Source: Thermoproteota archaeon
GTDB lineage: Archaea; Korarchaeota; Korarchaeia; Korarchaeales; Korarchaeaceae
NCBI GenBank assembly: GCA_027491915.1
Contig: JAOZGC010000002.1
Location: 512,001-576,000, forward strand
Direction of reading: 5' to 3'
Length of the DNA: 64,000 bases
Part shown: in pieces, positions 26,685 through 36,771 of the stretch
Layout: each line of letters starts with the position of its first letter
Position numbering within the stretch: position 1 is the stretch's first letter
The notes under the pieces: model-generated
Database searches by the model: none
Seen by the model: the letters and a program-made list of their open reading frames with translations, nothing else
Told to the model about the DNA's origin: nothing
Program-made: the position numbers and the translations under genes

Positions 26685-28364
26685 TTGAGGCTCTCCTGGT
26701 GCGCCGACCTGAACGTCCCGACGCTGGATCCCGGCTCCTGCCGATCCGGGGCCGTCGAGGTCCCGATCTCCAGGGGGTCCGACCCCAGGCCGGCCACCGA
26801 CTGGGAGAGGGATCTGCTCAGGAGGGTCGTGGAGGGCGAGTACGGGGCCGGGGCCTACCGGGACCTGCTGCCCAACGGGGACTCCGTCCTCCTCGTGGGA
26901 CGGGCTCCATACCTGGACGCCTCTCTGGAGGTCGTCGCGGACGCCGCCGTCCTGGGCCACCTCTTCTTCGACTTCTTCGACCTGTCCTGGAGCTTCAAGC
27001 CGTCCGAGGCCGGGGTGAGGAGGCTGCTGGGTAGGATGGCCGAGGTCAGGCCCCCCAGGCTGGAGAGGGGCGCCGACGCCGGCGAGGCCGGCCCGGGGGA
27101 CCCGAGGTTCGCCGCCCTGCCCGGGGGGGTCGGGCTGGCCGAGAGGAGGGGCGGGAGGTACGTGGTGGCGAAGGTCTTCCGGGGAGGGGCGGCCGCGCTT
27201 GCGCTGGAGGACGCCCCGCACGACCGCCGGGCCCTCCTGGAGGTGAACTCCGGCCCCCTGGAGGAGGCGGCCTCCAGGGCCGCGGCCTTCGTCTACAGGT
27301 CCTCCCTCAGGTTCGGGAGGCCGGTGGTCTCCTTCTCCGGCGGAAAGGACAGTTCCGTGCTGCTGGACCTGGTGGAGAGGAGCGGGGTGGAGCACCTGAT
27401 CTACTTCAACGACACCGGGCTGGAGATGCCGGAGACCCTCGAATTCGTGGAGTCGGTGGGCCCCGACCTGGTCGGCTCGGCCGCGGACTCCTTCTGGAGG
27501 CACGTCCGGGGGTTCGGCCCGCCGGCCAGGGACTACAGGTGGTGCTGCAAGGTGCTCAAGCTGGGCCCGACCAGGAGGGCCCTCTCCGGTCTAGGGAGGG
27601 TCCTGAGCCTGGTCGGCCAGAGGAGGATGGAGTCCAGGGCCAGGATGAGGTCCCCCCCCGTCTGGAGGAACAGGTGGATCCCGGAGGCCGTCGTGGCCGC
27701 CCCTCTCAACGACTGGCCGGCCCTGGCGGTCTGGCTCTACGCCGAGGTCAGGGGGGTCAGGCTCAACCCCCTCTACTCGGCCGGGTTCGAGCGCACCGGG
27801 TGCTACCTGTGCCCCGCCTCCAGGCTGGCCGACTTCGCCAGGGTGCGGGAGGCGCACCCGGACCTGTGGGGGGAGTGGGATTCCCTCCTCAGGGGGTACG
27901 CCGCCGAGAGGGGTCTCCCGGACTCCTGGGTGGACCGGGGGGTCTGGAGGTGGGTGAGGCCGCCGCGCGGGATAGCCAGGGCCACCGGCCTGGCGGGCCC
28001 CTTCCCCAGGATCGGGGTCCTGGTCCGGGCGTCTGGCGGCGCCCTGTCCGTCCGCCCGGATCCGGGGCCCAGGCTTCGGGAGCTCCTGAGGACCGTCCCC
28101 CCGGGATCGGGGTTCCGGCTCCGGGGGGCCGCCGCCCTGAGGGCCGCGGCCTGCGCCGGGTGCGGCCTCTGCCTGGACTACTGCGACCGGTCGGCCCTGT
28201 CCCTCAGCGGGGGCGTCGTCTCGGTGGGCGAGGGGTGCGTCTCCTGCGGGGTCTGCAATCGGGTCTGCCCCCTGTCCCTCCACGTCAGGTTCTCCCTCTC
28301 GGTCACAGGGGGACCTCCTCCCCCTCCGGCTCCGGGGGACCGGCCGACCTCCAGAGCGAGATGA
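26685..28364 (+). CDS. PAPS reductase-family protein with C-terminal 4Fe-4S dicluster
   Basis: SFSGGKDS, DTGLE.PET, RWCCKVLKLGP, R.GC..CP; CAGCGLC..C and CVSCGVC..VCP. Confidence 0.88.
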   Translation: MRLSWCADLNVPTLDPGSCRSGAVEVPISRGSDPRPATDWERDLLRRVVEGEYGAGAYRDLLPNGDSVLLVGRAPYLDASLEVVADAAVLGHLFFDFFDLSWSFKPSEAGVRRLLGRMAEVRPPRLERGADAGEAGPGDPRFAALPGGVGLAERRGGRYVVAKVFRGGAAALALEDAPHDRRALLEVNSGPLEEAASRAAAFVYRSSLRFGRPVVSFSGGKDSSVLLDLVERSGVEHLIYFNDTGLEMPETLEFVESVGPDLVGSAADSFWRHVRGFGPPARDYRWCCKVLKLGPTRRALSGLGRVLSLVGQRRMESRARMRSPPVWRNRWIPEAVVAAPLNDWPALAVWLYAEVRGVRLNPLYSAGFERTGCYLCPASRLADFARVREAHPDLWGEWDSLLRGYAAERGLPDSWVDRGVWRWVRPPRGIARATGLAGPFPRIGVLVRASGGALSVRPDPGPRLRELLRTVPPGSGFRLRGAAALRAAACAGCGLCLDYCDRSALSLSGGVVSVGEGCVSCGVCNRVCPLSLHVRFSLSVTGGPPPPPAPGDRPTSRAR

Positions 28365-28920
28365 ACCCCCCGGCGGCCAGGAGGTTTGCGGCCGCGGCCA
28401 CCGCCGCGGCGGCCTCGACGGGCCAGGAGTACCCCTCGGCCAGGGAGGCCACCTCCTCCGGGGTCATGTTGGCCAGCTGCCCGGGGGTCATGTTCCCCAG
28501 CACGGAGAGGGCCGAGGCCGCCACGTACAGGCTCCCCGCCACCAGGGCCGCCAGGGAGGCAACCCTGACGTAGGCGGCCCACCTGATGAGCCTGCTGGCC
28601 CGGGCCGCCCTGAAGAGGCAGACCACCTCCAGCAGCAGGGCCGCCAGGAACGCCGCGCCCAGCAGGGCCACGGTCAGCATGGCCCCCTCGGAGGGCGGGC
28701 CGGCCGGCGAGATGGCGGCGGAGGCGGAGGAGGCGCCGGCGGCCGAGCTTATCAGGAGGACCCCGGTTATCATCATGACCGCGTCCCCCCTGTCCCTCCC
28801 GAAGAAGAACCACCCCAGGCCCGTGAGCAGGGCCCCGACGGAGGTGGCCCAGTCGTAGGGGAAGGCCGAGGAGAGGACGTAGCCCGCGGCGCCGACCGGA
28901 AGGTACCACCCGGCCCTCAT
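28303..28920 (-). CDS. Hypothetical membrane protein
   Basis: About 5 TM segments; TTTAAA promoter about 25 bp upstream. Confidence 0.6.
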   Translation of the reverse strand: MRAGWYLPVGAAGYVLSSAFPYDWATSVGALLTGLGWFFFGRDRGDAVMMITGVLLISSAAGASSASAAISPAGPPSEGAMLTVALLGAAFLAALLLEVVCLFRAARASRLIRWAAYVRVASLAALVAGSLYVAASALSVLGNMTPGQLANMTPEEVASLAEGYSWPVEAAAAVAAAANLLAAGGFISLWRSAGPPEPEGEEVPL

Positions 28921-28989
28921 CCCCCGGCCCGGGGGGGCCCGCAATTTAAACTAGCCCGGCGCGGGCCCGGTCCGGGCTGGGCTATCTGG

Positions 28990-29628
28990 CTACCAGAGCC
29001 TCAGCTCGGTGGTGGCGGCGAAGGCGGCCGCGGCGGCCGCCACAGCCAGGACGGCCGTCGCCTTCCAGGTCGGGCGGGCGTCCCGCCCGAGCCGGGCGGC
29101 CGCCCCGGCCGCCGCCGACCCCAGGGCCAGCGACGCGGCCGGCCACTCCCGGTAGAAGGGGGAGGCCGCGGCCATGCCGGCGGCGTAGGCCGCCAGGTAG
29201 TAGAGGGAGTCGAGCACCCCGTCCCTCCACCTCCACGCGGCGGCGAGCCCAGCGACCGTGACGGCGGCCTCGACGAGGTCCAGGGCCCACCCAGGGATCC
29301 CGATGACCAGGGCCGGCCCCCACCACGCCAGGATGGGGACCCCACCTGCGACCGCGTCGCAGGCCAGGTGCATCAGGGTCCCCAGGGCCAGGAGGGGGTA
29401 GTCGCCGGGGGCCAGGGCGGCCGCCGGGGCGCACCACAGCAGGGCCAGGAGGGAGTGGTTCAGGGCGTCCCTGGCCGGCTGCACCCCGGCCAGGGCCATG
29501 GCCACGTAGGACATGTCGGGCACCAGGTTCCCCGCCACCAGGGCCGCGGCCCTCCTGGGGTCGGCGCCGGCCGCCCTGGCGGTCGCGTAGCCCAGCAGCG
29601 CGTGGGTGATCCCCTTCACCTCACCCAC
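28990..29628 (-). CDS. YdjM-like membrane metal-dependent hydrolase
   Basis: TH, PD, NHSL and HL.CD motifs. Confidence 0.7.
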   Translation of the reverse strand: MGEVKGITHALLGYATARAAGADPRRAAALVAGNLVPDMSYVAMALAGVQPARDALNHSLLALLWCAPAAALAPGDYPLLALGTLMHLACDAVAGGVPILAWWGPALVIGIPGWALDLVEAAVTVAGLAAAWRWRDGVLDSLYYLAAYAAGMAAASPFYREWPAASLALGSAAAGAAARLGRDARPTWKATAVLAVAAAAAAFAATTELRLW

Positions 29629-30607
29629 CTCCCCCCGCCCGGGCCGCCGCGGCCATCTGCCTGGCCACCGAGTCGAGGGCCCTTATCCTGTCCTCCAGCC
29701 TGGGGTGGGTGGCCAGCAGCCGACCCAGGTCCGGGAGGCCGAATCCGGGCAGCCTCGCGGTCGGGTCCAGGTTGCCCCCCCTCCTGATGATCTCTATGAG
29801 CTCGTCCGCCGACCTAGCGGCCGGCCTCGGGGCCAGGGGGTCGTCCACCGCCAGGGCCCTGACCGGGGAGAGCCCCCCTCCCCTCCCCCCCTCTCCCCCC
29901 GACGGCCCGGCCGACCGCAGCCTCATCTTGGCCAGGGCCCTCTGGAGCGCTCGGGGCCCCCCGGACGAGATCAGGGCGCCGTGGGCGTCGGCGTAGAACT
30001 CCCTCAGCCTGCTGAGCCTGAGGGACAGGAGCCACAGCGCCGCGGAGAGCCAGGCCGCCGAGGCGGCCAGCCCAGCCTCACCCCTCCTCCCCCCGGAGTA
30101 GCCCAGCCAGGCGAAGTAGACCAGGGTGGGGAGGGCGGAGGCCAGCATCATTATCTCCAGGTCCCGGTGGGCTATGTGCGACACCTCGTGGGCCATCACG
30201 GCCTCCACCTCCTCGGGCTCGAGGGCCTCGAGGAGCCCCGTGGTGATCGCCACCCTGTACCCGACGAACCGGTTCCCGTAGGCGAAGGCGTTCGGGACGT
30301 CCGACTCCACCAGAACCAGGTCGGGCGCGGCCCCGAGGCCGGCGGCCCTGGAGACCCTCTCCAGGATCCCCACCAGCCTGGGTTCCTCCCCCGGGCCGAC
30401 CCTCCTGACGCCCACGGCGGCCTCTATCAGGGTGGGGGAGGCCGCCCACATGGCCGCGCTGAGGGCCAGCCCCGCGACGGCCCCCACGGCGGGGGACGCC
30501 TCCCAGAACAGGAGGGCGCCCGCCAGGGCCGCGGCCCCGGCCATCAGCGCGGCCGTGAGGTACATGTCGAGCAGGAGCCCGGAGAGGCTCAGCCTGTACT
30601 CGACCAT
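29621..30607 (-). CDS. htpX: HtpX/M48 zinc metalloprotease
   Basis: PNAFA, AVMAHEVSH, SRLREFYAD, ATHP. Confidence 0.9.
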   Translation of the reverse strand: MVEYRLSLSGLLLDMYLTAALMAGAAALAGALLFWEASPAVGAVAGLALSAAMWAASPTLIEAAVGVRRVGPGEEPRLVGILERVSRAAGLGAAPDLVLVESDVPNAFAYGNRFVGYRVAITTGLLEALEPEEVEAVMAHEVSHIAHRDLEIMMLASALPTLVYFAWLGYSGGRRGEAGLAASAAWLSAALWLLSLRLSRLREFYADAHGALISSGGPRALQRALAKMRLRSAGPSGGEGGRGGGLSPVRALAVDDPLAPRPAARSADELIEIIRRGGNLDPTARLPGFGLPDLGRLLATHPRLEDRIRALDSVARQMAAAARAGGGG

Positions 30608-30611
30608 CCCC

Positions 30612-30659
30612 CCACCCGGACCGGGCGGCTTAATTAACCCTCCACCCGGACCGGGCGGC
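30612..30659. repeat. 18-bp direct repeat CCACCCGGACCGGGCGGC x2 (period 30) flanking TTAATTAA
   Basis: Exact copies at 30612-30629 and 30642-30659. Confidence 0.8.
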
Positions 30660-31065
30660 CGCCGGAGATCCGGCCGATCCTGATCTCTCTGACCCCCTCC
30701 GGCGTTGGGAACCAGGCCCTGGGGGGGTCGGAGCGGCCGAACACGAGCCACACGACCGGGAGGTCCCTCATCCCCGCCAGGTCCGCCGCTGACGGGTGAG
30801 ATCCACCGGGGTGCGAGTGGGCCACCCCCACCAGCCCCTCCCCCCTCAGGCGGGCCCGGGCCAGCTCCAGGGCCAGGAAGAAGGGATCCACCTCGAACGA
30901 GCCCCCCTCCACCCTGGCGTCCGCCCTGACCACCCTCCTGCAGACGGCCACCCCCCCGGAGAGCTCCCCGAACAGTAGGAAGACGGTCTCCTCGCCCGAG
31001 GCGGCCTCCGCCGCCATCCGGGCCATCTCCCCCTCGGGGACGAGCACCTCGCTCACCGGGTCCAC
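30634..31065 (-). CDS. JAMM/MPN+ metalloprotease (desampylase-like)
   Basis: N-terminal E plus HSHP....PS..D. Confidence 0.85.
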   Translation of the reverse strand: MDPVSEVLVPEGEMARMAAEAASGEETVFLLFGELSGGVAVCRRVVRADARVEGGSFEVDPFFLALELARARLRGEGLVGVAHSHPGGSHPSAADLAGMRDLPVVWLVFGRSDPPRAWFPTPEGVREIRIGRISGGRPVRVEG

Positions 31066-31121
31066 GGGGGGAAATCCGGCGGCGCCGGAAAAGCTTTTCC
31101 CGATCCGGTCCGGACCCCTCG

Positions 31122-33476
31122 ATGGTCCACCCCCAGCCCGGCAGCCGGCCCCGCCGGGGAGGGGCCGCCCTCCGGGCCGCGGCGGCCCTGGCCCTGATCC
31201 TGATCCCCGCCCTGGCCCGCCCCCCGGCGCCGTCCCGGGCGGGTCCCCAAGCGGGGGGCTCGGGCGGTCTCCGGACGGGCCCCCCTCTGAGGCTCCTCTT
31301 CTACTACGGCTACCCGTCCATGATAAACGGGGCGTCGGGGAACCTGACCGCGGCCGCCTCCGAGTTCTCGCGCTACGACGTCGTGGTCCTCGGGGCCGGG
31401 CTCGAGGAACCCTCCCACCCCGAGCACTCCGCCGCGGAGTTCGTGATGGCCGAGTCGGACGCCGCCTTCTTCGGCTACGTTGACCTGTCGGCCCCCATCG
31501 GGGAGGTGTGCTCCCGCATCTCTGCCTGGGCGGGAATGGGGGCGGACGGGGTCTTCCTGGACAGGGCGGGCTTCGACTTCCTCGGTCCGGAGTTCGGCGG
31601 CCCGGCCGGCGCCAGGGAGCACCAGCTGGAGGCCGTCCTCTGCGCCAGGGATCTGGGGCTCAGGGTGGCGGTGAACTCCTGGGACCCGGACGACGTCTTC
31701 TCCCCAGCCGGGGGAGAGCCGCCCCTCCCCCTGGGCCAGGCGGACGCCGCCCTCATAGAGGACGCGGTCTACGGGGGAGGGGAGGCCAGGCCCGAGTACC
31801 TGGACCACCTGGCCGAGTACTCCGAGCGGAGGGCGCCCGGCGGTCCCGCCCTCTGGTGCCTGGTGACCACGGCCGCGTCCTCCCCCCACGAGAACAGGGT
31901 GGTGGGCTACGACGCACTGACCAGGGCCTGGTCCGTCTGCGACGCGGTCGCCATTCAGGAGGACCTCGGGGAGGACTCCTCCGTCTTCTACCCCTTCGCC
32001 GAGCCCGGGGGATCGGGGAAATGGGAGAAGATCAGGGGGCTCACCGTCGCGGTCTACGGCAGCGGGGACCTGTCCGACGGGGAGTGGGTGGACGCCGTCC
32101 TGGACTTCGCGCGGGACGAGTGCCTGGACTCGGTCGCCCTGGCCGTCTACTGGGTCATGGACGACCTCAGGTCCTCCTCAGTTCACCCGGACCCCTCCGT
32201 GACCCCGCCGGACGGGGACGTCAGGGATTTCATCAGGAGGGCCCACGCCAGGGGGCTGAGGGTCGTCCTCAAGCCCTCCTTGTACGTCCTGACGGGCGAT
32301 TGGGTGGCCCTGGCCGACCCGGCCGACCCGGACGCCTGGTTCGACGGCTACTCGGACTTCATCCTCGGGTACGCCTCGCTGGCCCAGGAGGAGGGTGTCG
32401 AGTTCCTGATCCTGGAGACGGAGCTCAGCTCCCTGGTCGGGGACCCGAGGTGGGTGGACCTGGTCGGGCGGGTCAGGGAGATCTACGGGGGGCTGATAGG
32501 GTACGCCCAGCCCCAGGGGTCCCCCTCCGATCCCTCGGAGATCCTGCCCTCCATGGCGGAGGTCGTGGACTTCGTGGGAGTCGACGCCTACTACCCCCTG
32601 AACGGCTCCGGCGACTACCGCCGGGCGTGGGACGAGATACACGCCAGCAGGATACTCCCGCTGAGGTTCCTGCTGGGAAAGCCCGTCGTGTTCACGGAGA
32701 TCGGGTACAGGAACGTCGAGGGGGCCGACTCAGCCCCCTGGGACTTCGAGTCCCCGGGTCCCAGGGACGACGGGCTCCAGGCCGAGCTCTGGCGCGCCTT
32801 CCTCGAGGAGGAGGAGCCGCGGATAGACGGGTTCCTGTACTGGGCGGAGACCAGGGATGAGTGGCTCGTCGGCGGCGACGTGGGATACTCCCTTATGGGA
32901 AAGCCGGCGTCCGCGGTCCTAAGGAGGGGGCTCTGCCGCCCGTCCGGGCTCGACTCGGTGGAGGAAGAGGCCCCCCTGACCGCCGTGATCGGATCCGACG
33001 CTGACCTGGCCGCCGCCTACGCGGCCTCCCGGCTCACCTCGGGGGTGGTCAGGCTGGGAGGGGGCGGCCGCGTCCGGCTTCCCCGGGGTCCCCTCCTGGT
33101 TCTGGGGGGCCCGGAGGCCAACCCGGCCGCCGCGATCCTCAACCCGTACCTGGGTGTGGTGGTGGGGCTGGACGGGTCTTCCGGGATCCTGGGGTTCGGG
33201 AACTCGACGATCAGGTTCGAGGTTGACTTCGGGCGCCGGGACGCCGCCGTCCTGGCGGTCGGGGAGGTCAACGGGACCGCGGTCTTCCTGGCGGAGGGCC
33301 TCACCAGGTTCGGGACCGAGGCCGCGGCGGCCTGTCTGGCCTCCCCCTCCTGCAGGCCCAGGGGGAAAGCCTCCCTGGTCTTCTGGGAGGACGTGGACGG
33401 TGACGGGTCGGTCTCACCCGGGGAGCTGGAGGCAGCGCTCCCGGCCGGGCCCTGGGGCGGGGGGGTCCGTCCCTGA
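31122..33476 (+). CDS. Secreted protein: GH-like TIM barrel + GH113 domain + S-layer-type C-terminal domain
   Basis: Signal peptide; YYGYPS..YDVVVLG..FGYV..DGVFLD; GLRVVLKP, WF..Y, ETEL, GVDAYYPL, FTEIGY; GGPEANP..GLTRFGTEAA. Confidence 0.75.
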   Translation: MVHPQPGSRPRRGGAALRAAAALALILIPALARPPAPSRAGPQAGGSGGLRTGPPLRLLFYYGYPSMINGASGNLTAAASEFSRYDVVVLGAGLEEPSHPEHSAAEFVMAESDAAFFGYVDLSAPIGEVCSRISAWAGMGADGVFLDRAGFDFLGPEFGGPAGAREHQLEAVLCARDLGLRVAVNSWDPDDVFSPAGGEPPLPLGQADAALIEDAVYGGGEARPEYLDHLAEYSERRAPGGPALWCLVTTAASSPHENRVVGYDALTRAWSVCDAVAIQEDLGEDSSVFYPFAEPGGSGKWEKIRGLTVAVYGSGDLSDGEWVDAVLDFARDECLDSVALAVYWVMDDLRSSSVHPDPSVTPPDGDVRDFIRRAHARGLRVVLKPSLYVLTGDWVALADPADPDAWFDGYSDFILGYASLAQEEGVEFLILETELSSLVGDPRWVDLVGRVREIYGGLIGYAQPQGSPSDPSEILPSMAEVVDFVGVDAYYPLNGSGDYRRAWDEIHASRILPLRFLLGKPVVFTEIGYRNVEGADSAPWDFESPGPRDDGLQAELWRAFLEEEEPRIDGFLYWAETRDEWLVGGDVGYSLMGKPASAVLRRGLCRPSGLDSVEEEAPLTAVIGSDADLAAAYAASRLTSGVVRLGGGGRVRLPRGPLLVLGGPEANPAAAILNPYLGVVVGLDGSSGILGFGNSTIRFEVDFGRRDAAVLAVGEVNGTAVFLAEGLTRFGTEAAAACLASPSCRPRGKASLVFWEDVDGDGSVSPGELEAALPAGPWGGGVRP

Positions 33477-33571
33477 CCGGCCGCCCGGAATATCTTCAAA
33501 ATAATTGAACAGATGGGCCGGCGCGCATTCACTTATAAGCCCTGGGGTCCCGATATAGAGGACGTGGTTCC

Positions 33572-35776
33572 ATGAGGTGCCCGCCGGCCGCAGCCCTGGC
33601 CCTCCTGCTCTCCCTCTCGGCCGTCCCCCCGGCCCCGCCCGGGGGCGCCGGGGCCTCCGTCCCCCGGTCCGGCCCGCCCGGAGTCTTGATACTGGCCAAC
33701 TCGATAGACGCCTCCCTGGCGGACGACCTGATCCGGGAGCTCCAGAGGTACGGGCTCTCCGTCACCGTGGTCGGGGCGTCTGATTTCCCCCCGCACAGGC
33801 GGGACCCGATAGTCGTCGTGCTGGGAGGGCCTGACGCCCCCCAGGGGATAGGGAGCCTGGTGGGCCCCCTCCTCACCCCCGAGGAGAGGAGGGCCGTCAG
33901 GACGCCGGGATCCTCCGAGATGTTCGTCAAGACTGGGGTCTGGGCGCCGGGACAGGTCGTGATCGTGCTGGCCGGCAGCGACAGGTGGGGCACCCAGGAG
34001 GCCCACAGGACGCGCAGGGACGACCTCTTCTCCCTCCTGGCCCCACCCATCGAGATAACGGGGGAGTCGCCCCTGGCCGGGGTGGTCTACGTTTCCTCCC
34101 TCCGCGTGCCCCCGGGCTCGACCCTGAGGCTCACGGGGGACGCCATGATAATCTCCCTGGGGCCGGTGGAGGTGGGGGGGAGGATAAGGGGGAACTGCGT
34201 CAGCCTAGTCCTGGCCGCCAGGGGACCCCTCCACCTCTCGGGCCAGATAGACAACTCCTGCGGGGGGGAGCTGGGCGAGAACGACAGCGGGGGAGGGATC
34301 TACATCTGGTCGGAGGGTAACCTGACCATATCCGGGGCCAACTTCACCACGGACGGCGACGTGCTCGTGTCCAACGGCCTGAACCCCCTCAACTCCAGCG
34401 GGTCCCTGGACTCCAACTCGACCCCCCAGCCGGGTTGGGGGATGACGCCGCCCTCCGGGCGGGGCCTCCCGGCCTGGTGGCCCCCCAACTTCCCGCCGCC
34501 GCCGGCCCCGCCGGGCAACGCCTCCGCCGGCAGGAGGGGGTTCCTGATCGTGGCCAACTCCATATTCGTGCAGAGGGACAGGAGGGGCTGCGTCTGGCGC
34601 GGCGGGGTCAGGTCGAGGTACGTCCTCCACGCCTACGACAACCTGGTGCTCAGGAACGTGATGGTCATCGCCAGGGACGGCAGGCCGGGCTGCAACGGGT
34701 CCGGCCCCGGGAGGGTTGAGGGCGGCAGGGCCGAGCGCGGGGCGTCCATACTGGCGTACGCCGAGGATCCGTTCTACCCGCTCGGCATGCAGGACGCCGG
34801 GAGGCTCGTGGTTGAGGACTGCTGGTTCGTCTCAGGGTCCGGCGGCAGGGGCGGGGACGCCAACGCCACGGGAGATCCAGACGCCCTGGCCCTGGGCGGG
34901 GACGGGGCCCCGGGCGGCGGGATAACCCTGATGGCCACCAGGGAGCTGGTCCTGGAGGGGAGCAACAGGTTCGAGGTGGGCGACGGAGGCAGGGGCGGGG
35001 ACGCGCGCGCCTACGGGGCCCCGGGGGAGGACGGGTGCCCCGGGAAGGGCGGAGGGAAGGCCGAGGCTGTGGCCGGGGACGGTGGAGGGGGTGCCTGGTT
35101 CACCCTCAGGTCTTCGGGCGTCCGGGGGCCCAACCCCTCGGTCTCCGGTGGATCGGGAGGCCGCGGCGGCGACGCCCTGGCCTCCGGGGGCCGCGGCGGC
35201 GACGGGACCGGTCCCGCGTGCGACGGCGGAATCGGGGGGAACTCGAGGGCCGTCGGCGGCGACGGCGGGGCCGCCCAACTCGCCAACCTGGCCGGGATGC
35301 CGATCTCCCCCGGCAGCTTCGTCGGCGGCGACGGCGGGGCGGCCTCGGTGATCTCCGGGAGCAACGGGGGGGACGGGGGCAGCGGGTGCGGCTCAGAACC
35401 GGCCCAGCCCGGGGGCAACGGGGGCCCCGGGGGGAACGTGACGGTCGAGTCCGGCCCCGGCGGGTCGGGGTTCGGGGGGGCCGGTAGGCCCGGGGACGCG
35501 CTGATCAACCTCTCGGGCAACGGGGGCAGCGGCGGCCCGGGTTCCCCGCCCGGATCCGGCGGCCCGGCTGGGGAGAAGTCGGTGGAGACCCACGGCGGGG
35601 CGTCCACCGTCCTGGGATCCTTCCAGGACGGGCCCGACGGGCCCCAGTGCGAGGTCGGGAGGATTCTCCCCGGGGGGAGGGGGAGGGAGGGACCAGCCCC
35701 CGCCGCCCTGGGGTCCGCCGACCGGCGGGCCGCTGACGCGCGGCGCCTCGGGGCCGGCCCGCCGATCCTCCTCTGA
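33572..35776 (+). CDS. Secreted surface protein: S-layer-type N-terminal domain + PGRS-like glycine-rich region
   Basis: Signal peptide; ILANSID..VVLGGPDA..AGSDRWGT; many G.GG.GG.A repeats. Confidence 0.7.
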   Translation: MRCPPAAALALLLSLSAVPPAPPGGAGASVPRSGPPGVLILANSIDASLADDLIRELQRYGLSVTVVGASDFPPHRRDPIVVVLGGPDAPQGIGSLVGPLLTPEERRAVRTPGSSEMFVKTGVWAPGQVVIVLAGSDRWGTQEAHRTRRDDLFSLLAPPIEITGESPLAGVVYVSSLRVPPGSTLRLTGDAMIISLGPVEVGGRIRGNCVSLVLAARGPLHLSGQIDNSCGGELGENDSGGGIYIWSEGNLTISGANFTTDGDVLVSNGLNPLNSSGSLDSNSTPQPGWGMTPPSGRGLPAWWPPNFPPPPAPPGNASAGRRGFLIVANSIFVQRDRRGCVWRGGVRSRYVLHAYDNLVLRNVMVIARDGRPGCNGSGPGRVEGGRAERGASILAYAEDPFYPLGMQDAGRLVVEDCWFVSGSGGRGGDANATGDPDALALGGDGAPGGGITLMATRELVLEGSNRFEVGDGGRGGDARAYGAPGEDGCPGKGGGKAEAVAGDGGGGAWFTLRSSGVRGPNPSVSGGSGGRGGDALASGGRGGDGTGPACDGGIGGNSRAVGGDGGAAQLANLAGMPISPGSFVGGDGGAASVISGSNGGDGGSGCGSEPAQPGGNGGPGGNVTVESGPGGSGFGGAGRPGDALINLSGNGGSGGPGSPPGSGGPAGEKSVETHGGASTVLGSFQDGPDGPQCEVGRILPGGRGREGPAPAALGSADRRAADARRLGAGPPILL

Positions 35777-35792
35777 TCCGCCCGGTAGGCCC

Positions 35793-36749
35793 TCACTCCG
35801 GGACCACGTGGGTCCCGTCCTCGCCCCTGAGGGCCTCGGCCACCCTGCCGAGCTTCGCTATGATCGCCTCCTTCCCCCCGGCCTCCACGAACCTGATGCA
35901 GGCCTTGACCTTGGGCCCCATGCTCCCCTTCTTGAAGTGGCCCTCCTCGTAGTACCTCTTGGCCTCTTCCAGAGTCATCCTGTCTATCTTCTTCTGCCGC
36001 GGGGTGTTGTAGTTCAGGTAGGCGCCGTCCACGTCGGTGAGGATGACGAACCTGTCGGCCCCTATCAGGGTGGCCAGCCTCTCACCGGCCAGGTCCTTGT
36101 CTATCACGGCCTCGACCCCCCTGGCGTGGATCCCGTCCTCCTCCACTATCGGTATCCCGCCGCCGCCGGAGGCGACCACTATGTACCCGGCCTCCACCAG
36201 GGTCCGTATGGCGCCCCTCTCGGCTATGATCTTGGGGTCCGGGGAGGGCACCACCCTCCTGTACCCCCGGCCGGCGTCCTCCACGATCACCCAGTCCGGC
36301 CTCTCTCTCCTGATCCTCTCGGCCTCCTCCCTGCTGTAGAAGGGGCCCACGGGCTTCGTCGGGTTCTGGAAGGCCGGGTCGTCCGGATCCACTATGACCC
36401 TGGTGACCACCGTCACCACGTACTTGTCTATCCCCCTCTCCTTTAGCTCGTTCCTGAGGGCCTGCTGTATCATGTACCCTATGAACCCCTGGGTCTCGGC
36501 GCCGCAGGCGTCCATGGGGAAGGCCGGGATGCCGAACATCTTCTGGCCCGCGTCGTGCCGCAGGAGCGTGGCCCCGACCTGGGGCCCGTTCCCGTGGGTT
36601 ATGACCAGGTTGTACCCCTGCTCCACCAGGTTGGCCAGATCCTTGGCGGTCTTCTTGACGTTATCGTACTGCTCCTCGAAGGTTCCCCTCTGGCCCCTCT
36701 GGAGGAGGGCGTTCCCGCCCAGCGCGACCACTATGGTCTCTCCCCGCAT
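35793..36749 (-). CDS. arcC: Carbamate kinase
   Basis: [43 protein letters not shown]. Confidence 0.95.
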   Translation of the reverse strand: MRGETIVVALGGNALLQRGQRGTFEEQYDNVKKTAKDLANLVEQGYNLVITHGNGPQVGATLLRHDAGQKMFGIPAFPMDACGAETQGFIGYMIQQALRNELKERGIDKYVVTVVTRVIVDPDDPAFQNPTKPVGPFYSREEAERIRRERPDWVIVEDAGRGYRRVVPSPDPKIIAERGAIRTLVEAGYIVVASGGGGIPIVEEDGIHARGVEAVIDKDLAGERLATLIGADRFVILTDVDGAYLNYNTPRQKKIDRMTLEEAKRYYEEGHFKKGSMGPKVKACIRFVEAGGKEAIIAKLGRVAEALRGEDGTHVVPE

Positions 36750-36771
36750 GCCACCACCTCGGACCGGCCGA

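Noticed and set aside
31087-31100. Perfect palindrome GGAAAAGCTTTTCC in a 56-bp divergent spacer
   Set aside because: Most simply a symmetric BRE/TATA region for two divergent genes; no second copy seen
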